Assembly: GCA_964396385.1 (NCBI GenBank)
Contig: CAYNFH010000002.1
Coordinates: 1,047 to 65,046 of the forward strand
Length of the DNA: 64,000 nucleotides
DNA from: an uncultured Chthonomonadaceae bacterium
GTDB lineage: Bacteria > Armatimonadota > Chthonomonadetes > Chthonomonadales > CAJBBX01
Direction of reading: 5' to 3'
Shown here: piece by piece, positions 56,991-64,000 of the stretch
Layout: each line of letters begins with the position of its first letter
Numbering within the stretch: the stretch's first letter is position 1
The notes under the pieces: generated by a model
The model's database searches: none
What the model was told of the DNA's origin: nothing
The model's input: only the letters and a program-made list of their open reading frames with translations
Translations under genes and position numbers: made by a program

Positions 56991-57196
56991 AAGCCACCCT
57001 TATCATTGCTGCCGGCTGCTTGGAGAGCATCCGCGCGATTCATTTCCAGAGCCTCTTCCAGGGCGGGCCGGCGGGCACATTGCGGGAACATGCGTCCCCG
57101 GCCCAACCGTCGCACCGAGCGGGGAAAGTGCTCACGCCGGACACCCGCGCTCAAGACGGAAGTGCCCGCCTGGATGTTCCCCGCCGGACAGAACTC

Positions 57197-57640
57197 ATGC
57201 CCAATTGCCCCTCCAACGCAACGCGCGCGCTGCTGGCCCCGGCCTGGATGCTCGCGGCGGCCGGCCTCGTGGGGCTCGGGATGCGGCTGGGCGGCTCCGC
57301 GGGCCACGCCGACGGGATGCCGCCCGCCATGGCCACCGCGGAACAGCGCCGGATATACTCCACGCCGGCAGGACTTTACAGGCGTGCCGACATCCGCGCG
57401 AACGGCGCGGCACCCGCTTCCGAGAAGTACCGCGGGCAGATGCCCCACCACGACATGCACCCCAGGCCGGGTGACGTCATCTGCCCGATCACCGCGACAA
57501 AGGCCGACCCACGCTTCGCCTGGACCGTGGAAGGCAAACAGTACCTCTTCTGCTGCCCGGCCTGCATCGACGAGTTCGTGCAGCGCGCCAGGACGAACTC
57601 CACTTCGATCCGCCCGCCCGAGGGCTACATCGAGCGATGA
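57197..57640 (+). CDS. Membrane-anchored YHS/TRASH-like metal-binding protein heading the oxidase operon
   Basis: ICPITATKADPRFAWTVEGKQYLFCCPACIDEF resembles a YHS domain, and there is an HHDMH motif. The ATGA overlap couples it to the subunit II gene. Confidence 0.6.
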   Translation: MPNCPSNATRALLAPAWMLAAAGLVGLGMRLGGSAGHADGMPPAMATAEQRRIYSTPAGLYRRADIRANGAAPASEKYRGQMPHHDMHPRPGDVICPITATKADPRFAWTVEGKQYLFCCPACIDEFVQRARTNSTSIRPPEGYIER

Positions 57641-58548
57641 ACCAGTCCGCCCTGCACCCGGCCGGACCGGCGGCGTCCCATATCGCTGGCTTGTGGTGGT
57701 ACCTGTTCACGGTCTCGGCAGTCGTCTTTGCCGCCACCATGGGGCTGCTGATAGTGGCGGTAGTGCGGAGGCCTCGTGAAGCGCCGGGGCCCCACAGCGG
57801 GACCGGCCTCGTGCTCGTGGGCGGCATCGTGCTGCCCGGCATCATCCTGGTGATCACTCTGTTCATCTCTCTCAGCACGACCATGGCGCTCAAGAACCCG
57901 GCGCGGGGGCTTACCGTTCAGGTCATTGGGCACCAGTGGTGGTGGGAGGTGAGATACCCGCAGCAGGGCATCGCAACCGCCAACGAGATCACCGTTCCGG
58001 CAGGCAGGCCGGTGCGCCTGGAGCTGGATTCCGTGGACGTGGTGCACAGCTTCTGGGCGCCCAGCCTCAACGGTAAGATGGACCTGGTGCCGGGCCATCC
58101 GAACACGTTCTGGATATCAGCGGACCATCCCGGCGTCTACCGGGGCCAGTGCGCCGAATACTGCGGGCTCCAGCACGCGCACATGGCCTTTGAAGTGCAC
58201 GCCCTGTCGCCGGACGCGTTCCAGCAGTGGCTGGCCTCGGAGCAGCAGCCTCACACGCAGTCGGCAGATCCCGCCATCGCGCGCGGCAAGCAGGTCTTCT
58301 TCGGCGCCGCCTGTAAGGACTGCCATACCATCTCCGGCACCGCCGCGCACGGTAAGATCGGTCCGGACCTCACGCACGTGGCGAGCCGCCACACCCTCGC
58401 CGCCGGCACGCTGCCGAACACGCCGGGAACCCTGGAGGGCTGGATCTCCGACTCCCAGTCCATCAAGCCCGGCAACAAGATGCCGCGCACCTTCCTTAAG
58501 CCGGAAGACCTGCATGCCGTACGCGCCTACCTGGAAACGTTGAACTGA
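57637..58548 (+). CDS. ctaC: Cytochrome c oxidase subunit II with fused C-terminal cytochrome c domain (caa3 type)
   Basis: CuA site HSFWAPSLNGKMD...CAEYCGLQHAHM; heme c site CKDCH. Confidence 0.95.
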   Translation: MNQSALHPAGPAASHIAGLWWYLFTVSAVVFAATMGLLIVAVVRRPREAPGPHSGTGLVLVGGIVLPGIILVITLFISLSTTMALKNPARGLTVQVIGHQWWWEVRYPQQGIATANEITVPAGRPVRLELDSVDVVHSFWAPSLNGKMDLVPGHPNTFWISADHPGVYRGQCAEYCGLQHAHMAFEVHALSPDAFQQWLASEQQPHTQSADPAIARGKQVFFGAACKDCHTISGTAAHGKIGPDLTHVASRHTLAAGTLPNTPGTLEGWISDSQSIKPGNKMPRTFLKPEDLHAVRAYLETLN

Positions 58549-58550
58549 CC

Positions 58551-61070
58551 ATGGCGCTTACGGTGGATCGGCCAAAGGAGGCCCCGTCAGCGCCTAATCC
58601 GTGGGAGAACCCCAAAGGCTGGATGGGCGTGCTCTGCACCATCGACAACCAGTCCCTGGGGAAGATGTTCATGGGTACGGCCGTGGCGTTCTTTCTTCTG
58701 GCAGGGCTGATGGCCGTGCTCATGCGGACTCAGCTTGCTTCGCCGGAGAACCACTTCCTGGGGCCGGAGGTGTACAACCGCCTCTTCACCATGCACGGCT
58801 CGACCATGATGTACCTTGTGGTGGTGCCGTTCCTGGAGGGGCTGGGCATCTACCTCCTGCCCATGATGCTCGGCTCCCGCGACGTCGCGTTCCCCTACAT
58901 CACCGCCTTCAGCTACTGGACCTACCTGATGGGCGGCATCACCTTCTATGGCAGCTTCCTGACCGGCGGGGTGCCGAATGTGGGCTGGTTCGCCTACCCG
59001 CCGCTGGCCGGCCCGAACTACTCCGGCATCGGCACCGACTTCTGGTCGCTGGCGCTTACGCTCGTCTCCGTGGGCGACCTGGCGGCCGGCGCGGGGCTCA
59101 CGGTGAGCGTGATCAAGCTGCGCGCTCCCGGCATGTCCATCAACCGGATGCCGCTCTTTGCGTGGACGTGGCTGGTTACGGGCGTGATGATCACCTTCGC
59201 CTTCACCACGCTTTTCTGCATCACCACACTCATGCTGCCCCTGGACCGGTCCATCAATACGCACTTCTTCGACCCGAACCACGGCGGCAGCACCCTGCTC
59301 TGGCAGCACCTGTTCTGGTTCTTCGGCCATCCGGAGGTCTACATCATGTTCATCCCTGCCACCGGGATCGTTTCTTCCGTGCTGCCGGTCTTCGTCCACA
59401 AACCCATCGTCGGCTACACCTACATCGCAGTGGCCATCGTTATCACCGCCTTCGTAAGCTTCGGGCTCTGGGTCCACCACATGTTTGCAACGGGGCTTCC
59501 ATGGCTTTCCATGAGCTTCTTCACCGCCGCCAGCCTCATGATCGCCATCGCCAGCGGCATCCAGGTGTTCGCGTGGATCGCGACGCTCTGGGGTAGCCGG
59601 CCGCGCCTGACTGTCCCCATGCTCTATCAACTGGGCTTTGTTGCGCTCTTCGTGGTAGGCGGACTGACGGGAGTGATGGTCGCCATCGTGCCGTTCGATT
59701 GGCAAGTCCACGACACGTACTTCCTGGTAGCGCACTTCCACTACGTGCTGATTGGCGGCGTGGTCTTTCCCACGCTGGGCGGCATCTACTACTGGCTGCC
59801 CAAGATGACGGGCCGTATGCCGAGCGAGCGGCTGGGTCACTGGAGCTTCTGGCTGGCCTTTATCGGCTTCAACGTGGCGTTCTTTCCCATGCACCTGATG
59901 GGATTCGCCGGGATGCCTCGCCGCGTCTACACCTATGCGCCGGGGCTGGGCGTGAGCGGCTACAACTTGACCTCTACCATCGGGGCATATATCGTGGCCA
60001 CAGGTTTCCTGCTGTTCGTGCTGAACGCCTACCTGAGCGCGCGTACCGGTACGCGCGCCGAGCCGGATCCGTGGGCGGCCGACTCCCTGGAGTGGCTGCT
60101 GGCGTCGCCGCCTCCCAACGACAATTTCCGCACGCCGCCCATCGTCCACAGCCGGCACCCGCTCTGGTCGGAGCGCTCGGCCGAGCTGGGCAGCCCGGAC
60201 GAGATGCGGGTGCGGGAAGCGATCCACGATACGCCGCGCGGCTGGCGCATCGCCCTCTCGACCACCGTGCTCAACGCGCAGCCGGAGGCGCTCCAGCCGT
60301 GGCCCAAGCCCAGCATCATTCCTTTCGCCGCGTCGGCCACTCTGACGGTGCTGCTGCTGGGCTCCATCGCCAAGTCCAACGCCATGATGCTGGTAGGTAC
60401 GCTCGCGACGCTGCTGATCGTGGCGCGATGGTTCCGGCCGGAGGACGAGCTGCTGGACACACTGCGGGACAGCGGCCTGGAGGAGAAGGCTGGCCTGCCG
60501 CTGGTGACGAGCGGTCCCAAGACGATGGACTGGTGGGGAATGCTCTTCTGCTTCGCGGTGCTGGGCGTGGTGTACGGCAACTTCCTCTACTCTTACTTCT
60601 ACATCCGGCTGTACTCGCCGTCGTGGCCGCAGGGTCACATCGCGAGGCCGGATCTCTTGGCCGGGGCAGTGCCCTACGGGCTCCTGGCGGCGAGCATCGT
60701 GCCGCAGATGATGGCCAGCCGCGCCTTCCACGCCGACAATGCCATTCGCGCGAAAGCGGGACTGGCGCTGAGCACTTGCCTGGGCGCCATCGTGTTCGCA
60801 CTGCTGTTCATGGGGCTGCACAGAATGAAGTTCCACTACGACACCAACGCCTACGGATCACTCATCTTTGTGATGACGTGGGTGCTGGCGGGTAACATCG
60901 CGGCGGCGTGCGGGGTGAATGTGGGGGCGCAGCTCCGGCTGTGGCGCGAGGGCACGCGGAAGGATAGATACGTGGCGCTCCAGGTGGAGCGCGCCGCCTA
61001 CTTCTGGGCGCTGACGGTGGGGATAGGAGTTCTACTCTATCTGGTGCTGTATGTATCGCCGTACCTTTGA
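58551..61070 (+). CDS. ctaD: Cytochrome c oxidase subunit I fused to subunit III (caa3 type)
   Basis: WFFGHPEVYI, HHMF and VAHFHYV heme-copper ligand motifs. A ~280-aa subunit III-like C-terminal extension follows. Confidence 0.95.
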   Translation: MALTVDRPKEAPSAPNPWENPKGWMGVLCTIDNQSLGKMFMGTAVAFFLLAGLMAVLMRTQLASPENHFLGPEVYNRLFTMHGSTMMYLVVVPFLEGLGIYLLPMMLGSRDVAFPYITAFSYWTYLMGGITFYGSFLTGGVPNVGWFAYPPLAGPNYSGIGTDFWSLALTLVSVGDLAAGAGLTVSVIKLRAPGMSINRMPLFAWTWLVTGVMITFAFTTLFCITTLMLPLDRSINTHFFDPNHGGSTLLWQHLFWFFGHPEVYIMFIPATGIVSSVLPVFVHKPIVGYTYIAVAIVITAFVSFGLWVHHMFATGLPWLSMSFFTAASLMIAIASGIQVFAWIATLWGSRPRLTVPMLYQLGFVALFVVGGLTGVMVAIVPFDWQVHDTYFLVAHFHYVLIGGVVFPTLGGIYYWLPKMTGRMPSERLGHWSFWLAFIGFNVAFFPMHLMGFAGMPRRVYTYAPGLGVSGYNLTSTIGAYIVATGFLLFVLNAYLSARTGTRAEPDPWAADSLEWLLASPPPNDNFRTPPIVHSRHPLWSERSAELGSPDEMRVREAIHDTPRGWRIALSTTVLNAQPEALQPWPKPSIIPFAASATLTVLLLGSIAKSNAMMLVGTLATLLIVARWFRPEDELLDTLRDSGLEEKAGLPLVTSGPKTMDWWGMLFCFAVLGVVYGNFLYSYFYIRLYSPSWPQGHIARPDLLAGAVPYGLLAASIVPQMMASRAFHADNAIRAKAGLALSTCLGAIVFALLFMGLHRMKFHYDTNAYGSLIFVMTWVLAGNIAAACGVNVGAQLRLWREGTRKDRYVALQVERAAYFWALTVGIGVLLYLVLYVSPYL

Positions 61071-61115
61071 GGGTTCAGGGTTCGGGGTTCAGGAGTCGGA
61101 GATCCGGGTCCGAAG
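61068..61115. repeat. Heptamer array (GGGTTCA)3 + GAGTCGGAGATCCGGGTCCGAAG, starting at the ctaD stop
   Basis: tgagggttcagggttcggggttcaggagtcggagatccgggtccgaag. Confidence 0.85.
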
Positions 61116-61134
61116 CGCAAGCCGGAGGTGAGCG

Positions 61135-61587
61135 ATGGCGAGTGAACACAAGAGTCCGGATTCATCCTTCATCCCTCATCCTTCATCCCTGCCGTCGCAG
61201 GACGTCCCGGTGAGCCCGCGCATCCTCTGGTTCAGCCAGTTGGGCGGCGCGGTGGCCTGGGTGCTGCACCTGACCGGTTCCTACTCCGTCGGCGAGTGGG
61301 GCTGTGCCAGCCCGTTTGCGCGGGACCAGTTCCTCTCATTGACTGGACCAGTCTGGCTGCTCTTCGTGGTGACGGCGACAGCCATGGCTCTGGCGCTGGC
61401 CGCCGCGTGGACCGGCCATCGTGCCGAGGCGGAGCTACGCGCAAAGGAGCGCTTCCCGGGGCGAGTGGGCGAGACACGACACCCTGGGATCTATATGGCG
61501 AGATCCGGCCTTATGACCAGCGGACTGTTTGCGTTCATTATCCTGGTGCAGTCCGTTCCGACGTTCTATTTCTTGCGGAGCTGTTAG
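61135..61587 (+). CDS. Small membrane protein in the oxidase operon (possible subunit IV-like); start uncertain
   Basis: Three hydrophobic segments. The first ~20 codons (SPDSSFIPHPSSLP) are encoded by a heptamer array. Confidence 0.5.
   Translation: MASEHKSPDSSFIPHPSSLPSQDVPVSPRILWFSQLGGAVAWVLHLTGSYSVGEWGCASPFARDQFLSLTGPVWLLFVVTATAMALALAAAWTGHRAEAELRAKERFPGRVGETRHPGIYMARSGLMTSGLFAFIILVQSVPTFYFLRSC
61152..61190. repeat. GAGTCCGGATTC core + (ATCCYTC)4 array
   Basis: gagtccggattcatccttcatccctcatccttcatccct. Confidence 0.85.
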
Positions 61588-61628
61588 TGGCTACGATCTA
61601 CGGTGTAGGCATACCGTGGTTCAACTGA

Positions 61629-62474
61629 GTGGGAATACAAGTGTTTAGAGTGTGGACGGCGTGGGACCTGGATCCGACGCTGCTTCTGGGGCTGGCGCTG
61701 CTCTGGTGGCTCTATGGTCGCGGCCTATTGGAGCTCTGGACGAGGGCCGGCGTGGACCACGGCGTCTCCCGCAGCCATGCCTGGGCCTTCCTCGGCGCCA
61801 TGGCCGCGCTGCTCCTGGCGCTCGTGAGTCCCCTGGACGGGCTGGCGGAAGACCTCTCTTCCGCGCACATGGCCCAGCACATGCTGCTCATGCTGGTGGC
61901 TGCGCCGCTGCTGGCCATGGCCGCACCGCTACCGGCCCTTCTGTGGGGTCTGCCGCCAGTAGCACGCAAGATGCTGGCCCCCGCAATCCAGCGGCTCGAG
62001 ACACTCAAGTGGGCCTCGTACCACGCATTCCAGCCTCTGTTGGCCTGGTGGCTCTTCACGGGGACGCTCTGGATCTGGCACGTGCCGCGCCTGTATCAGG
62101 CGGCGCTGCGCAGTCCTGTGCTCCACGATCTGGAACACCTTTCATTCCTGCTGACCGCCTATCTCTTCTGGCGCATAGTGCTCGATCCGGCTGCGCGAAG
62201 CCGGATGAACCGAGGTGCAGGCGTGATCTACTTGTTCGCCGCCTGTCTACAGGCGGGCGCGCTGGGGATCTTTCTTACACTCTCGCCTTCCGTCTGGTAC
62301 CCGGCCTATGCCTCGAGGGTCGCGGCGTGGGGCCTCACTCCCCTGGAGGACCAGCAGCTTGCCGGACTGATCATGTGGGTACCCGGCTGCGCCATCTACG
62401 CCGGGGCCGCGGCAGCCGTGTTCGCCGCGTGGCTCCGGGAGCCTGGCTTGGCGGATGAGGGGGTGAGAGGGTGA
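61629..62474 (+). CDS. ctaG: Cytochrome c oxidase assembly factor CtaG (caa3 CtaG family membrane protein)
   Basis: SAHMAQHMLLMLVAAPLL, HDLEHLSFLLTAYLFW and IMWVPGCAIY. Confidence 0.85.
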   Translation: MGIQVFRVWTAWDLDPTLLLGLALLWWLYGRGLLELWTRAGVDHGVSRSHAWAFLGAMAALLLALVSPLDGLAEDLSSAHMAQHMLLMLVAAPLLAMAAPLPALLWGLPPVARKMLAPAIQRLETLKWASYHAFQPLLAWWLFTGTLWIWHVPRLYQAALRSPVLHDLEHLSFLLTAYLFWRIVLDPAARSRMNRGAGVIYLFAACLQAGALGIFLTLSPSVWYPAYASRVAAWGLTPLEDQQLAGLIMWVPGCAIYAGAAAAVFAAWLREPGLADEGVRG

Positions 62475-62492
62475 AAAGGGTGAGGGGGTGAC
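62454..62492. repeat. Heptamer array (GGGTGAG-like)5 spanning the ctaG stop and the next start
   Basis: gatgagggggtgagagggtgaaaagggtgagggggtgac. Confidence 0.8.
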
Positions 62493-63108
62493 AGTGGGCA
62501 CGCCACAAGAGCGGACATCGTGGGCACCGCTCCTAATTGGCCTCGGAGCTGTTGCACTAGCGTCCATGGCCGCGATCCTGGCGCTGCGACACTGGGTCCG
62601 TCCGGAATCCGGCCTCTCACCTCTCACCTCTCACCTCTCACCTGAACCACCCCCTCACACCTCGCCGCCTCCGGACCCGAAGGAAGAGCATGAGCGGTCG
62701 GCAACCGGCAGCAGGCTCTCGGTGCTGCTGGCGGGGAGCGGTTTCGCTTTGCTGGCGCTCCTGGTGGGCTCCCTGGCGCTGGGTGGACTGCAGCGGCATC
62801 CGGCGCCGCCCCTGTGGCAGGTGCCAGGCGGCAGCTCAGACCGGGGCAAGCAGGCCATCCGCCGCTACGGGTGCGGCGGGTGTCACACCATCTCGGGAAT
62901 CCCGGAGGCGGCTGGACGCGTAGGGCCGCTGCTGCTGGACTTCCGCCGGGAGGCCTACATCGTGGGCCGGCTGCCGAACGTCCCCCACTACCTGGTGATA
63001 TGGCTTCAGAATCCCCAGCAGTACGAGCCGGGCAGCGCCATGCCCAACCTCGGTATCCCCGAATCCGATGCCCGCGATATAGCAACCTACCTGTACGGAA
63101 ACCCCTAG
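62488..63108 (+). CDS. Membrane-anchored monoheme c-type cytochrome
   Basis: Two hydrophobic segments, then CGGCHTISG...MPNLGI. The linker PESGLSPLTSHLSPEPPPH is encoded by a heptamer array. Confidence 0.75.
   Translation: MTVGTPQERTSWAPLLIGLGAVALASMAAILALRHWVRPESGLSPLTSHLSPEPPPHTSPPPDPKEEHERSATGSRLSVLLAGSGFALLALLVGSLALGGLQRHPAPPLWQVPGGSSDRGKQAIRRYGCGGCHTISGIPEAAGRVGPLLLDFRREAYIVGRLPNVPHYLVIWLQNPQQYEPGSAMPNLGIPESDARDIATYLYGNP
62596..62663. repeat. Exact CCGGAATCCGG core + (CTCTCAC)4 array inside the cytochrome c CDS
   Basis: gtccgtccggaatccggcctctcacctctcacctctcacctctcacctgaacc... Confidence 0.9.
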
Positions 63109-63115
63109 AGCTGGC

Positions 63116-63763
63116 CTACCGCGGCGGATACACACGCCGAAGGTAAGTGATAATGGCCCAGCGGTCCTGGGCGGTGGTGAGGTTGCGAACGGAGTGCCAG
63201 TCCTCGGGCAGGTACTCGGCGGCCTCCGGCGTGGGAGTGGAGCGGATGCCGGCGGTGATCTGGTAATAGAGCCGGCCGTCTGAAGAGCTGGGGACGCGCG
63301 CGGCCAGGTCCGGCGGCTTCGGGATGTACGCCTCCCCTACCGGGCCCATGCCTTTTCCCGGTTCCCCGTGGCACATGGCGCAGTTCACGGCGTACGCCTT
63401 CTGTCCCTGAGCCACGACGGTGGCGCCGCCCGCGAGCGGGTTTGGAATTATATCCACTACGGGCGGAACCGGCTCTCCGGCAGCCCCAACCGGCGGCAGG
63501 TCGGGTCCGGAGGCAGCGAGCATCCCTCTTGCAACGGTTCCAGTCGGGACGGTCTGACGAGTCGGACCGACCTCACTGGTCGGGCTGCCCGGAGGTGGGG
63601 CGTAGCCGGTGGAGGACGTGGCGTAGGACCGCATCTCCGCGGGCGGCAGTTCCATACCCAAGTAGACCGCCCAGCCGGCCGAAATCAGCGCCAGCACGAG
63701 CAGCGCCGCAAGTGCCAGGATGATACGCAGGTTGCGGACCTGCTCCTCCCCTACCGATGGCAT
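63116..63763 (-). CDS. Membrane-anchored monoheme c-type cytochrome
   Basis: The internal ATG 63763 gives MPSVGEEQVRNLRIILALAALLVLALISAGWAVYL (anchor). Then CAMCHG heme site and RWAIITYL. Confidence 0.7.
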   Translation of the reverse strand: MPSVGEEQVRNLRIILALAALLVLALISAGWAVYLGMELPPAEMRSYATSSTGYAPPPGSPTSEVGPTRQTVPTGTVARGMLAASGPDLPPVGAAGEPVPPVVDIIPNPLAGGATVVAQGQKAYAVNCAMCHGEPGKGMGPVGEAYIPKPPDLAARVPSSSDGRLYYQITAGIRSTPTPEAAEYLPEDWHSVRNLTTAQDRWAIITYLRRVYPPR

Positions 63764-64000
63764 GACCAGCACTCCACACTCGCCTTCGCCGCCCGATGGC
63801 ACTGCAGGCACCAGCCCATGGTGAGCGGGACCGCCTGCTGGAGACGGTCGTACTGCTCCACCTGGCCGTGGCAGACGTCGCAGCCCAGCCTTGCCGTCAC
63901 GGTGTGCGCGCGGTGGCTGAAGAACACGTGCGCAGGCAGCTTGTTGACTCGCTCCCACGGGATGGGCGCTCCCATCTCCCAGTAGCTCCGCAGCTTCCAG
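63751..64000 (-). CDS. Multiheme c-type cytochrome, C-terminal part (N-terminus outside the window)
   Basis: Three CxxCH motifs in the last 74 aa (CDVCH, CLQCH, CWSCH). The frame stays open to the window edge. Confidence 0.7.
   Translation of the reverse strand, partial: WKLRSYWEMGAPIPWERVNKLPAHVFFSHRAHTVTARLGCDVCHGQVEQYDRLQQAVPLTMGWCLQCHRAAKASVECWSCHR

Noticed and set aside
58587-60836. 749-aa minus-strand ORF
   Set aside because: It is antisense to the cytochrome oxidase subunit I/III gene, with Arg/His/Glu-rich shadow-ORF composition.
62602-62612. CCGGAWTCCGG core on its own as a specific protein-binding site
   Set aside because: Shorter versions (GGATTCCG / CGGAATCC) also occur in ordinary coding sequence across the window, for example near 3727, 8390 and 21005. 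The core alone is therefore weak evidence; only its association with arrays is notable.

Overview
GC-rich bacterial chromosomal segment, densely coding on both strands. I saw no rRNA, tRNA, CRISPR array, transposase or integrase. All functional calls come from motif recognition by eye on the supplied translations and on my own translations; no database search was run.

Gene content, left to right:
- Two paralogous YprA/MrfA-type DUF1998 helicases, a YprB/MrfB-type exonuclease and a VOC/glyoxalase gene.
- Small toxin-antitoxin-like genes.
- A co-directional glycan-processing cluster: alpha/beta hydrolase, heparinase II/III-like lyase, a 641-aa polytopic membrane protein, a deacetylase-like protein, a DegT aminotransferase, an SDR epimerase-like protein and a DHDPS-like aldolase.
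- A VapBC pair.
- An operon of four signal-peptide proteins: GH25-like muramidase with a discoidin-like domain, HAF-repeat protein, 7-bladed propeller, and one unknown.
- A membrane-anchored LuxR-HTH/NHL-propeller regulator, then XisI.
- An operon of giant uncharacterised proteins (1691, 797 and 613 aa).
- A Tat-DUF362 pair and two glycosidases.
- A selenocysteine formate dehydrogenase operon.
- A NADAR operon and a HEPN-like cassette flanked by direct repeats.
- A caa3-type cytochrome oxidase operon and c-type cytochromes.

Most notable observations:
1. The giant-protein operon has no recognisable family. Its first protein carries a twin-arginine signal, and its last two ORFs are separated only by an in-frame TAG.
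2. Three near-consensus sigma70 promoters each carry an AT-rich dyad centred near -43. They tie the LuxR-type regulator to the giant operon and to the secreted-protein operon.
3. A pervasive family of tandem heptanucleotide arrays, often around a CCGGAWTCCGG-like core, fills operon spacers and also sits in-frame inside several conserved genes.
4. A NADAR gene is translationally coupled to an unknown HhH-like protein.
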